A stretch of 64,000 nucleotides of DNA, filler included, from Diploschistes diacapsis (GCA_023645945.1; 8 parts of 8 records of this genome joined end to end with filler, not necessarily neighbours in it), one strand, 5' to 3'; shown: positions 14,026-27,183, counted from the whole stretch's first letter. Numbers and translations are program-made. The notes: generated from the letters alone by a model not told the origin.

Positions 14026-16230
14026 ATGGCCGACTCAACTATCAGCATCGGTATTATCGGAATGGGAGCCATGGGGCGTATGTACGCTCGTCGACTGAGC
14101 GAAGCTGGTTGGAGGTATCTTCTCTCCCCATGTCTGCCACCTCGTCGTTCTACAAGGTTATAACCTATACCAATCATTGGGCTTGCGGACACCTAGGAAA
14201 ATAATAGACGGTTTTCCGAATCGTAGGTAGGTGAAAGCATACTCTTTCTTCTTTGATAGGATGAATCTGAGTGCATTTGGCTCGAGCATGGCTCGTGTAC
14301 TTCGAGAAAGATCTATTCTGGATCCCTTGGGATGCATGAGTTCGTCACTGATGTAAACTCCAGCTACCTTTAATTTCAACCATGTCTGATCAATATTATT
14401 ACCAAACTTGTACCATCATTACCATCATGAGCTGTTGCTGACTTACTCTCCGTAGGAATACTGCAGATGCCACTCGATGACTATGTTCAGCCTCGCTAAT
14501 ATTCGATTGTGATCAGCGTGAATGTTTGCGATAAAGAAGATACATACAGCGAATTGAAGGAAGATTTCCCAGATCAAGTACAACAGCCCCCATCCAACCG
14601 ATAGACGCCTTTCATAATGGTCCTTGTAGGGAAAGATTCGCGTTTACCCTAATGGCCACCTTGTCTCCCGCGTCAGCGACTGGATCATCTACAGTGTGGA
14701 AGCTGAGATTATCGATAAGGTAGTGGCCCAATTTGGACCATGTAAGCATGTCCTTCCGCCCATCTGTGTCTGTTTGCTGCTCTGCTTCGAAGCCAAAATT
14801 GACCTAACCCCACAGCAACAAAGCAAGGTGCAGTCGTTGGCGGTCAAACATCCTGCAAGGCTCCCGAGATGGCCGCTTTCCTCGCCCATCTCCCGCCAGA
14901 CGTCTCTATCGTGTCATGTCATTCGCTGCATGGGCCCAACGTCGACACGAGAGATCAACCCTTGGCCATTGTCAGGCAACGGGGCCCTGACTCTGCAGTT
15001 GAGCTTGTGGCGCGTATACTCCACTGTTTCCAGTCCAGGATCGTCTATCTGAGCGCCGAGGAGCACGACCTCATAACCGCCGATACCCAGGCAGTGACCC
15101 ATGCAGCGTTCCTCAGTATGGGAACTGCATGGAAAGCAAACAACCAGTTCCCCTGGGAGGTTGGAACGTACGCGGGAGGTATTGAAAACATCAAAATCAA
15201 CCTAATGCTCCGAATCTATTCTAGCAAGTGGCATGTCTACGCAGGCTTGGCAATCTTGAACCCTTCAGCGAAGAAGCAGATTCGTCAGTATGCTCAAAGT
15301 GTGACGGAGCTATTCAAGCTGATGCTTGCTGGCAACGCCGAAGAGCTTGAGAAACGAGTCAAAACTGCCGGAAAGGCTGTGTTCGGGCACAGACCAGCAG
15401 AAATGCTTCTTGAAGACGAAGTTTTGGATCGCTTTAGTCTTGGCAACACTGGGAGCAAAGCGAAGAGGACGCCGAACAACCATTTGAGCTTGCTGGCTAT
15501 TGTTGACTGCTGGTGGAGGTTAGACATCGTACCTTATGAGCATATGATATGCTCCACACCGGTGAGCGCTATAGGGCAGACTTGATGTGTTACTGGGGAT
15601 CTGCCGAGATATTGTTACGGCTGGATCACGTGGTAACACAGCAGGATGCAGAACTTCCATGCTAATAAACTGCAGCTCTTTCGCTTGTGGTTAGGAGCTA
15701 CCGAGTACCTGTTTCGGAAGCCTAATCTGCTCGATGAAGTCCTCCAAACAGCCATTCAAGACAATACTTTCAGGTCTGATGATCTCGAGTTTACTTTCGC
15801 TGCACGAGTATGTACATTTCTTAGTCACACGCACCCTATGAAGTCCAATAACGTAGAGCTTGTGTACGTTGTGTTTGCATGATTTCCCAGCGGCATGCAC
15901 CTGTGCTGTCGCTCGGCTTCTCATATTTCCGCGAGGATCCAGCAGAGTTTTGCTTTCCATTCTATTGCAGTACACGGTTTTCCCACATGCGTTTAATATC
16001 CCATGTAACTATGCTTAGGATCTGAAAGCATGATACTAATATTGAATACCATTGCACAGGGTTGGTCGGAGTGTGTGTCCTTTGGTGACTTTTCTTCATA
16101 CCGCAACCGTTTTGAACAGATACAGGCATACTTTGCTCCAAGGTTTCCTGATGCAACACGGTTGGGTAACGAAATGATTCAGACAATCCTCAAGACAACA
16201 CAGGCCCCGAAGAAAGATCGAGAGCTGTAA
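14026..16230 (+). CDS. TYR1: Prephenate dehydrogenase (NADP+), multi-exon
   Basis: IGIIGMGAMG, NGHLVSRVSDWIIYSVEA, GGQTSCK, CHSLHGP, HDLITADTQAVTH, NNHLSLLAIVDCW; long introns 14115-14516, 15562-15675 and 15808-16059. Confidence 0.95.
14253..14393 (+). ncRNA. Candidate intronic box C/D snoRNA (possible snR4-like guide)
   Basis: Terminal stem TTGA/TCAA, 3-nt bulge, variant C box (AG)GATGA 14258-14264, D box CTGA 14386-14389; short complementarities to 18S helix 34; about 65 nt upstream of an internal 3' splice site. Confidence 0.5.
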
Positions 16231-17867
16231 GACCAGTCGGTATAATTAGGTTCAGGTATGGCGGTGTGTGTGCAGAGAATGCTGTGCTGAGCTGATAAAC
16301 AGGCCACGCGGTAACTGAGCGAACAATGGCGTGAACATTACCTTGTTGATAGTAGAGAGGTTCGTCACCCCTTGAAAAAATGCGTTAGTAGGCTTGCGTG
16401 GAACCCACCTTGGCTAGCGTGCTCAAAGCCATGCTCGCTATATGTAGTAGCAGTAGCATCGCCGAATAAAGTTAGTGCCTTACGCGGCTTGTCAAGCTCT
16501 TTTAAATGAAAACATAAAAAGTGCAGAACGTCTTTGATGGTAGAATACTCCTGACTTGCCAGCATGGGCGAATAACCTGAAGGCGGTTCATGAGCTTTCC
16601 TTGGCCCAGTCCCCAGTCGGTCACCGAACTTAACGTCTGGGATGAGTCCTACGTGACACAACCACAACCGGCCTGCCTACGTATATATTTAGGGTTTGTT
16701 GAATTGAATCCGTTCTTATCCTAGCAACAACAACGGCTGGGTTGGCTGGGTTGTGGTTACGCAGGCCCTCGAGAGCTCTTCCACCAATCTTACATGGGGC
16801 TCGAACTTACTCTATCCCAAATCAGTAGACAGTAGTAAATATTCAATTAAGCGAATATGAATGTTTACTATGATATTTTATGCGATTTTTATATAATTCC
16901 TTCACGTCCCAACCTGAAGGTGTGAGCAATAGGTAGCGACCCGAGCAGCAGCGCTAAGCCTAATTAGTTTATGGAACTATCTTTTCCGCCAATTTTGCAC
17001 GTGACGGGGAAGGTTTATGGCCCGATTTATGTCCCATATTTATGCCTCTTCTATTCATAAGATTCTTCCGTTCCTTTCCCAAATTCCGGGTTGGTGGTGG
17101 AAAGCACTGTATACGTAATTCCTTTTGTAATGTGGCCCAGCCCTGTACTCGTATACTGTGATATCATCTCTGACGCTTTACAATTAGGGTTACAACGACC
17201 ATTCCGCTGGGTTCCCATGAGCTGGGATGTGGTGATGAAAAAGTAGCACTACCCACTACTCCCTACCTAGTACACTAGTAGTGATGATGCTGATGAGGAT
17301 GATGGGAAGCTTCCAATTGGCTTGAACGTGATCTGTGTGTATGGAAAGGAGCCCCTGAGTCGTCAAGCTTAAGCTGTGAGATGGATCTGGCACGATTTGT
17401 TTTCTCAGAAATTCTATTTATCTTTGACGCGGGGATCTGGGGCCAGAACCTGGAACCTGCCAATTCTGGCCTCTACTGGCTCATTTCACTGATGCTCTCT
17501 AGCGTCCTGAACAATATATTCCAAATGCAGAACGTATCAAATAACCTTCCCGCGCCACATTTTTCTTCATCTGAAGCTTCCAATTTGCTCTTTTGTTTCG
17601 GGCTACTTCCGGCGCCGCTAATTTGACAACCATGTAACCATATAATCGAACGCCAGGAATTCAAGGACCGCCACGGATGATGATGGAGCTCAGTCTACCG
17701 AGATCCGCCTTCGGCATGCTAACGGTCGCGATACTACTTATGTAGTTGACCTGCATCGCTGTGGTTCCTGCTCCACTCGTCGTTCGCTTTGAAGCAAACA
17801 CTTGCACGTTAGCATTTCACCGTCTACGATAGTATTTTGATTTCCGTCCATCCTACCATCCTTTACC

Positions 17868-19211
17868 ATGAGACTCGGTGCACCTTCCAGTTTGCTCCTC
17901 GGACTCGGTAAGCTCCACTTCTCCGTGAATGCCCCAACCTTCTCACAGTTCGCACAGCGGGGCTTGCGGCAGCCCAGTTCGCCTCGGTCTGTCCCGCTGG
18001 GTCGGGAAACTCTGCTATCTGCTACAGCGTCAATGTCCCCTCGAGTAGTGCCAAGAATGGCTCCGGAGACATCTACTTCCAAATCAAGGGTCCAAGTTCG
18101 AAGTCATGGATCGGTCTGGGTCAGGGCACTGGCATGGCTGGCTCCAATATATTCGTAATATATTCCAACCAAAACGGCAACAACGTAACCCTCTCTCCTC
18201 GTGCTGGCAAAGGCGAGTTTGAACCTTATTATAATGGCGGCGCTCAAGTCTCTCTTATAAGTGGATCCGGTATTTCCGGTGGTGTCATGACAGCAAACGT
18301 AAAGTGTAAGTCTGGGGGCAATCCCTCATTCGGAGGCGGAAACTAATGGTACTCCCTTAGGCAGCAACTGCAACACCTGGTCCGGCGGCTCCATGTCCTT
18401 CACGGACAGCAAGTCCAACTGGATCTGGGCCAGCGCCGACGGCTCTTCCGTCGACTCCAACTCGCCCTCCGCGCAATTCATGGAGCATGACCAGTACGGC
18501 AACGTCAACTTCGACCTGACCCAAGCCGTCAGCGATGCATCCACAAACGGCAACCCCTTCGCCGGTCCTCCCAGCTCAGGGTCCCCCAACGGCCGCCCCT
18601 ATACGTCCACGGCCGACATCAACTTTGCCTATCTTTCCAAGGTGCGCCTCGCCCACGGTATCGTCCTGGGGCTGGCTTTCCTCCTCTTCTTCCCGCTCGG
18701 CGCGCTCATCATCCGCCTCGCCACTTTTAAAGCCACGATCTGGGTGCATGCCAGCGTGCAGATGCTGTCGTACACCCTCGCTATCGCGGGCCTAGGCATG
18801 GGCATCTGGATGGCCACCACGCTGCCGCTGCTGAATAGCTACCACGCCATCATCGGGCTTGTCGTCATCTGCTTGCTCGTCCTCCAGGCGCCGCTAGGCC
18901 TGCTGCACCATCGCCTCTACAAGTCCAAAGGCGGCCGCACCACGCCAAGCTACCTGCATATCTGGCTGGGCCGCTCTCTGACCACGCTGGGAGCGATAAA
19001 CGGCGCGTTTGGCTTGGCGCTCAGCGGTGTCACAGGCGCCGAGCTGATTGCATGGTCGGTGCTGACCGCGGTGGTATATGCTGGGTATTTCCTTGCGATC
19101 ATCTTTGCGAGCGGAGGGAGGAGGAATAGGATGAAGAATGAGAGGGGGGAGGAGATGTTGGTTAGGAAGGGGAGGGGGAGAGAGCAGTTGAGCAGTGCGT
19201 CGTCGAGTTGA
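17868..19211 (+). CDS. Secreted-type DOMON/CDH-cytochrome domain fused to cytochrome b561 transmembrane domain
   Basis: Signal peptide, WIGLGQGTGMAGSNIFV (Met ligand), LSPRAGKGEFEP, MEHD, then AHGIV...WVHA...YHAIIG...LHIWLGR histidine helices; introns 17908-17948 and about 18306-18360. Confidence 0.85.
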
Positions 19212-20257
19212 GGGCTCGAAAGGTAAGTGCGTATGGTGGATACATTTGCCCTCAGCTGAGTACGGAGTATATTTGGGTATATATTTTCAGGGTGCGACGG
19301 GACTGGTTGGGTAAATTGCGCCCGTGGTCCAAGGGAAACCGGGTCTGGATGGACCTGCTGGGTATGGAACGGCGGCAGATTGTCTGAGGGTCAGCGTTTC
19401 TTTTCTTTCCTCGTATAGACTCGGTCGAGCGTGAACTATGGTCGACCAGAATGATATCATATTAGTCTAATCACTCTGATGCAAAGAAGGGGGACACTGT
19501 GACTCTACGAATGCTACCCGCTCCAAAGAACTAAAAGATGACAAGTCGGGAGGGGACTGCCTGGGCGGTGCTGGCCCAACCCTTCGCTCCCGTGGCCTCC
19601 GTACTCTGCACCTAGCAGCTAAATGTATCCAAGGAGGACGTGACGACATGGCGGAATCGGGAGAGATCGTAACAGGGCGGAACCGAGAACGGCGAGTCTA
19701 GTTATTTGGCTAACTTGCTCCCGTTTCGAAAGAACGAGGCAGAATCGAGCACGATTTGGTCCATTAGGTTTGCGGCTCTAGTCCCGGCGCTAATAAAGCC
19801 CTTACAACAAACTACTATAAAGTGGGAAGGATTCTCCCAGTTACCAAGTACTTACAGTAAGCCTTGCTGTCTTAGCGCTTTTATGGAATTCAACAATCTA
19901 CAGACATAAGGCGTTTTGCAAACTTAACCTCTTCCACCAACTTAACTCGCCTATGCAACGCTGTGTCCAATAATAGCGGACAAGTTAGGGGTAGCAAACT
20001 CGCTCACTTATCCGGAGCGCTAAAAGGTAATACTATAGCAATCTTTCATTCCTATACGTATCATGGAAGGGAAGCTGTGCCTGTCCTTTCACGTGTCCAA
20101 CTTCGATTCTCTAGTTTGCTCTATGAGATCAACTCTCGGGCCCTGCGTACAAAAATGTGAATTCGCGTTGCAGCCGATGCCTATGGAAGCTGCCCCGCAA
20201 ACCGTTGCTCGTTGTCTCGCAAGCCTTACGCTTCTACTACCAGTAGCAGCAGCAGCC

Positions 20258-20992
20258 TCAATATCCCCCAAGCTCAACCTCTATAGCGCCAGCGCGGTCG
20301 ATGACCTCCCTCTCCATCTCCATCTCCATCTCCTCCCTTTCTCCTTGCCCCTGCCCTGACCCCTCCCGGTCAGCCCCCAGCACAACACCGCCCATCAACC
20401 CGCTCAATTCCTCCTCCTGCTTCTTCTCGCGCAGGAACCCACGCACCGCGTCGTACACTGCGTTTTGCAGCCTAACTTTGCCCTTCATCTCATTGCCAAG
20501 CTCTTCGTTTCTGTTTTGGTTCAAATTGGCGTTCAGGTCGGCGTTGGAATTGCTGTTCGGGTTTCCGAGGAGAGCATTGTAGGTGGCGCGGGTGAGAGTC
20601 ACGCGGAGGAGATTGGGGGTTTGTTGGACTGTTTGGTTTTATATATTAGATTGTGTTAAAGCGGGTATGTGAATTTGACTTTGGCATTGTGGTGTATGAG
20701 CCCAATAGGAAATGGATAGAGAAAGACGCTGGTATGAGACAGGAGCGAGGGAATGGGGAAGGAGGAACAGGAAAAGAAGAACAGGAATAAAGTGCTTTAG
20801 GAGCGGTGAGAACTCACCGCGCGGCTTGCGGATGGCAGGCTTCTGCTTGGACATCGGCTTCGGCTTGCGGGACGCCGGCTTCGTGACGCCGCCTGTGCGT
20901 GGTTTCGTTGGTCTGGAACCGAGCTTGGGTTGAGGCCTTGCTTCGAGGGCGATGTTGGCGGGCTTGAGGGGGGAGCTTTTGGTAGGGTTCAT
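20258..20992 (-). CDS. Hypothetical small basic protein, probably 2 exons
   Basis: K/P/R-rich exon MNPTKSSPLKP...AIRKPR followed by GTGAGT donor, downstream frame ...LQNAVYDAVRGFLREKK...; no family recognised. Confidence 0.35.
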
Positions 20993-22701
20993 TGTCGTCT
21001 GTGGAGAAGGTAAGTGGGTGCTTGCTTGACGATGGAAGGGGCAATGAGAGCGAATTATTACAATCTTCCGAACGCCAGCGTCGGTCACGACCATCCGGTA
21101 TCCAAAAATTTCTGGGGCCTTTGGAGCCATCTCTACGCCTGCGTAGATATTGCGACTTGAAAACTTGGGAAAATAGCAGAATAGAGCGACAAGGTATGCG
21201 ATTATGAGATGAAATGCAAGGGAAGAAGGCTACAAAAACAGCGAAAGAAACATGCAAAACTACATTTGTGGGGGACTAGGGTGGCTGGCCATGAACACTT
21301 TTCCCAGCCAAACCTTCAAGGCAGCATGAACTCACAAACGAGCGCGAGGGTAAGGTTTTGCCGTTGTTGGAGCAGAGTAGAGTACTCACTAGTGGAGATC
21401 CGGGATCTTTTCCAGCGGAATAAAAGAGTTGGAGCACTCACCAGATACATATCGACATGCAGGAGGAGAGCCCGCAGGCCTCCAAGGATTGACTGGCTCG
21501 ATGCCGGTGGCTTACAGCTCGAATGGAAGGGTGGGAACATTATGGTCACGCAGACAGAAGACAATGTTGGCTGGCCTTTTCTGAATAACATGGATCACTG
21601 GGGGACTTCGAGTGTTTGGCGGGTGTCATATTGAATCGGGTTCACTGGCATTGCTTGAGGAACACTCCAAAGACAACACAAGTATGCTCCTTCCCCCTCA
21701 AGACTCTCGAGGTTTTGGATACAAGCCCACGTCTTCTTTATCTAAAGAAGAGAGAAATGATGTGTTTTCCATAAGCAACATCTCCGCTTCCACTCGGTGA
21801 AGAAACATGAATATCATAACAATGATCCAGACCGTGCCGACTTCACGATATATTCACAGGGCAACAGGTAGACGGCAGCTCGGAGCAGCTCCACACAAGT
21901 CCCATCTTAGAACCGCATCTTTTCCTTCGTATGGGAGCCAGGAATAAATAACCAATCGGATGCGGCAGACTCCCAGCTTCTTTATCAACACTTTCTGCTT
22001 CTGCCAGCCCTATCTTTCCCTCCCTCCCTCGCTGTATGCAGAGGAAGCGTTTCCACCAGGCTTTGGAAAGTAAGTTAGTGGACATCGAATTGTACAGCTG
22101 TCATCGCAAGGGAAAGAAGCGCGAAGATGTGCCATGCCATACTGTACTAGTTAAGCAAGCTTGAAAGGTACGTACGCTTTTACCAAAGTCCTGCTCGGTC
22201 AAAGCCTGGTTGTCAAGAGGAAGATGTTCGAGAGTACCCGGTGGCCGTTTTTGGGCGCGGTGCAGTGGCATCATGGCTAACCAAGGAATGGATCCTCGGT
22301 AATTTGGATAAGGCCAGGCAATTCCCAAAGGAGCGAGCGGTAAGGGGTTGTAGAACCGATTCATACCCATGGAGAACCTAAAGGGAAAAGGAGAATCCAC
22401 AGGACACGATATTTAGGAGTGGGTTTCATTAACCAAGGCTTTCGCTACTTTTACCCTCCCTGCCCATCCATACTATATTCTACACTAACATTACCACGTA
22501 CTTTCCACCATCGGGGAATCATCGAGCTGCATGAACCTTTTCTCCAGCGACATGGTGACCATGAGCGTTCCACAACCACCACGATGGCCACCAACATGGG
22601 GCCCGCCAATCCCCAACCCGACATGCAAATTGAAAGCGGCAACCACGACTGCCGACTCAGGTCAAAGCTAGGGTAGGACCACGTGATACAAAGCGATCCG
22701 C

Positions 22702-23808
22702 CTAAACAGCGGGCGTGGAGTTGTTGCCGTTGTGCAGACCACCGTTGTTGTGCGCGTGCTTCTCAGTCTCTATACTCCTTAGCTCGCCAACATCATGGAT
22801 GCGAAGACCCAAGGTAGCGGGGTGGATGTTGCGGTGGCCCCAGATGAGGATGGCACCCCAGATCGGCTTGGCAAGGATGTCGAGCACACCGTAGAAGACG
22901 GCTTCGGAGTCCGGGTGGATGACGTTGCCGCCCTCGGCCAGACCCCATGCAATGGGGTACAAAAGCCAGAGGAACATGAGCATGGGGCCGGTGATGTTGT
23001 AGGAGCGCTGGACGTCGGTGTTGATGGCGCTGGCGTACTTGCGACCTGGACCGACGACAACGTAAACGATGTAGAAGAGGGCGACCATGCCGATGGTCCA
23101 GTAGCCCTTTGCCAGGTCAGTGCAGTGCTTCACCATATTTTTGGTTAAAGAGAGCTCACCCATTTGTACGTGGTCCGCGTCAAAGCCCCGAGCAGACCAG
23201 TGACGACCATGACTTCGTCGACGAGCATCGTCACGAGGATCGTGGGCCATGGCATGCCGGAGGTCAGGAGGAGATCGAGGAGCAACAAGGGGGTGGTGAT
23301 CACCCTTGAAACCGTCAGATCAATAAAGAGCACCATGCGTTAGGGCACTTACCAGTCAATGTACCGTGCATAGAAGATCTCCCGGGTTCCCCCGGCGCCG
23401 CTGCTGCCAGCATTGTTGGCTGGACCAGTAGTCCCGCGTGGGAATTCGACTCCGATTGGTACCTGGCCAAGGTCTTGAGGAAATTAGTACTCCTCACTAC
23501 ACGCGGAGGCGCGTCTTGCGTACTGGAACCCATGGAGTAGTAGGCTATGGTGGCAACCAAGGTCACACTGGCAGTGATGTAGTAGAACAAGCGCTCAGTG
23601 CGCGGTCTAGTAAAGGAGAGACCCATGAACACCAAGGTTGCCGCGCCCATGACGCTCGTCACTGCCCAATACCAGTCCGAGCCATGAGTGGTAATACCGA
23701 GATCAGGGGTGCCTCCAATGCCATAGTTGATGTTGAGAGCCTGGGTGACAGGAATCAGTTTCGGGCAGAAAACGGTTGAAAGAGATCGCTTACCTGGTTT
23801 CCAGACAT
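22702..23808 (-). CDS. Fungal microbial rhodopsin, CarO-like clade, multi-exon
   Basis: MSGNQ|ALNIN, GSDWYWAV, REIFYARYIDW|VITTPLLLLDL (DTD motif), LVDEVMVVTG, LYPIAWG, YGVLDILAKP with the retinal-binding Lys. Confidence 0.9.
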
Positions 23809-25407
23809 CTTGTGCTTTAGATTTTAAATTGCGTGAGATTATCAGAAGAGTGATCTGTCCACAGATATCTAATATTTGCCGGAAGCTAGGGATAAAGAAA
23901 ACAAAGCAACAAGGAGGCCATCCCATTTGACACGGGTCTATATACCTCTTGGGATGTCCGTTACGTCGACAATTACGTCGTCGGTGACAGGGAGTTTTCT
24001 AGCAGCGAGACCCACAGGAAAATGTGCACAGAATGCATTACTACATCCTGACGTGCCATACATAACTCAAGCTTGTCAAACATTTTCTGGCTGGAGCTGT
24101 TGCTCAACCTCGACCTTTCCTCTGGACCGTTCAGCCTAGCATCCATCTTTAAATTTTAGTCCAACCTCAACAAAACCAGTATTCTAAGTCATCCTGCTCC
24201 GCGGTGTGTCCCAAGGTCTCAGTCTAAGTTTCGGCTGTGGATGGAGGCTGCAACTTACTTGGTGCTCGTTGTGTGCCTTGTCCTCTCGCAAGCACAATCA
24301 GCCTACCGCGTTCAGTTTACATAAGACCCGAAAAGTGAGGCAACGTCCTAGAGCATAGTAGCTGCATATGCGGCGTCATGAGAGGAGGCGAATACCTTGT
24401 CGCCTCGTAGCGATGATGTGAAGCTGGACGTTATCTAGGTTGTTGTTGTTGATGTAAAAACGTCACTCTGGCTTCATGCATCTTTCAAAAGCACAGGGGG
24501 AGTCGGCGACGTCCCGATTGGAGGGCTGTTGGTGAGCTTCAGTCTTAGTCCGCGGAACCGAAGGATGCATACACCGAAGGGTTTGGTTCGTTTCGGATAC
24601 CTTTTGTTCAATCTCAATCTCATCGCAATTGAGAGTTAGAGACATCTTGCTGCTATGATCGGCTTACCATCGAGCCAACTGGAAGCAAGATTGCCAATTG
24701 TTTCGAAGGAGAAGTAGAGGTTCGAAGACATTCCCACCAAAAATTTTTGTCGGAACGCTTACTAAATGTAGATAGAACTCGTCAAGCTTTTTACTCCCGC
24801 AGTTCATCTGTCAAGCTACGCAATGGCCTCCGGTTGGATTCAACGCAAAGAAGCTTGGGCCAGCCAATCCTAACAAGTCGAGTCGCTGGAACTTCCAACT
24901 TCCATCCTGCATGTACGAAATGGCAGTAATCTGGCTTCTTTACAAAAGTAAAGGGCAACTTTGATTTCCTCTTCCAGCACCGCTGACTAGACTTTTGCCC
25001 TGGGATCAGTAGTCGCTCAAGATCCCATGACCAAGACTTCCCGTACCGGCCTTTTGCGCATCGGATGAGCTACTCAATGTTGAATCCTCTCGATCCGAAG
25101 AAAATATATTGACGTTCTAGACGTATCTGCAAGTTTAACGGGCTATTTATGATCCTGCCTCGAGGAGTTTGCGACATTAACAGCCTTCACGGCGTGCTAG
25201 TTCCTTGCTATGATACATTACAAAGGTGGTCAAGACCCCCCCGGTTTCGCATACCTGCCTTTTACTGGAGCCCATATAAAGAGATCCGAGAAAGCGGGCG
25301 AGGACTGGCACTCCACCAGGGAACGAATCATTTGGGCAAAGATTGATTTGACTATAAACTACGCCGGATGCCCTAGCCCGATCTCAGTTATACCCCCCTC
25401 AACGTCT

Positions 25408-27183
25408 TCAGGCAGTGTTCTCTTTATGATCAAAACTCCTTTTCCTGTCCACGCTCTCGCTAACGCTAGGAAGACGCAGCGTGTCTCCGTGGAACTGCGT
25501 GGCATCGGTTGTGGCAAACTTCCTCGCCCCGACCCTGTTCTCGAACAGGATGTCGAGCTCTCCGTACGTCCTGCCCTTTGGCTCGGGGAGGCGGAAGTAA
25601 GTCCAGACGAACAGACAGAAGCAGATCCCGGCCCAGAAGAAGCCCGTCTTGGCTCCCCAGTTCCATGCAGTGGGGTTGAGCATGTACGGCGTCCAGACGT
25701 AGTTGATGATTCCCCAGAAATTGTAGAAGTTCCGCGCCAGCACAATCGTCTTCTGCCGCAGTCGGGTGGATGGCATTTCCGCCACGAGCGAATAGCACAC
25801 GGGTCCGACTGTCAGATCGTAGGTGAATGTATATATCAGCAGAAGCGATCCGATCGCCCACGAGAGGCTGGATGTCTGTGTCGGACAGCCCAGAATACCG
25901 ATTAGGAGCACGAAGCAGAAGAGAGCCCCTAGACCCCAGACATAGAGCGTCCGTCGACCGCAGGAAATCATGACGAACCACGAGGCCACTGTACCCACAG
26001 CTCCGAGTCCGAACTGCGCCATCGTCATGTCGAAACTATCCTCAACGGCTAACCCGGCTCGCTCGTAGAAATAGGAGGAATAACCCTGCATTGATCAGCT
26101 TGGTCGAGATAGGGAGTGTTCTGGGTTACTGACCATGAAAGCGCTGCCGCAAAGAGCTTGAACGGCCCAGGTGACGCAGGCGATTTCTGTTCGGCGAAGG
26201 TTGACACCCTTGAAGCAGTCACCGTATGAAGTGCCGGCAGTGATATCTTTCTCCAGCTCGTTGGTATGGACCATCATCGCAACCGTGTCGTCAACGTTGA
26301 AGTTCGTGTCTCGTTTCATGGAGGTCAATCGTGTGAGAGAGTGCTTTGCCTGCTCGATCTTGCCTTTTCTGACTAGCCACCATGGAGACTCCGGTGCTAG
26401 GAAGACGCCGATGATGATTGGAACTGGCCACATCCATTGAAGGGCATAGGGAACCTTCCAGCCCCAGTCGTTTGTCGAGTTGACGTAGGAGCGGAGAACG
26501 CCGCTGGCAATCAGTTGACCGAATACCCAGCAAAGATTGACATATGTTGTGAGGACGGCACGTAGCGGGACCGGTGCCACCTCCGAAGCATATGTGGTTG
26601 TGAGGGTTTGAAAGACTCCCCAAGGGATGCCGCAGAGAATCTCTCCTGCGAGAAGCATCTGCAAACTGCTCGCGAAAAAGAGCAGGAAGATAAAGCAGAT
26701 GACCAGCAGCAGAGCTCCGATCAACGTGTATCGATACCCGTACCTGTCCGCAACGACACCGGTCAGGAAGAGTCCTAGGATTTCTCCGACGTTGGCACCG
26801 CAGCTGAGGCCTGCTTGCCAGGATGGTGAGAGCTGATATTGCTTCAGCCCAGCATCGTAGGTTCCAAATCTTGCGGTAAACGATGGGAAACCAAAGAGGT
26901 TATTGAGCAGGATAACGTCATATCCTTCCATCACGATTGCGGTACTCAAAAGGATCGACCAGGCAGTAGCCTTAGGGTACAGCCGAAGACCCTGAAGGAT
27001 ACCCATGTTCTTCTCGGCCTCCGTGGCAGCCAAGGCGCCGTCGGTGACCTCCTCGAAGCCGGGAATCACGGACAAGCGGCGGACTTTGTCATCTGTGAGC
27101 GTAGCCACGCCATCGAGGGGACCATCATTGATGACGTTAGCTTGCGGATCCTTCTCCGCATAGTCTATGGCGGCGGCCGCCAT
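25408..27183 (-). CDS. MFS sugar porter, maltose/alpha-glucoside permease-like, 2 exons
   Basis: MEGYD, DRYGYR, GIPWGVFQTLTTTYASEV, PESPWWL, NLRRTEI, EMPSTRLRQKT, PEPKGRT. Confidence 0.92.

Noticed and set aside
15612..15622. TTGTTACGGCT complementary to the 18S 3' region, as in U13/snR45
   Set aside because: No D box CTGA or proper C box in this intron; an 11-nt match with a wobble can be chance
16689..17192. Isolated TTAGGG(TT) hexamers
   Set aside because: Single copies, not a telomeric array
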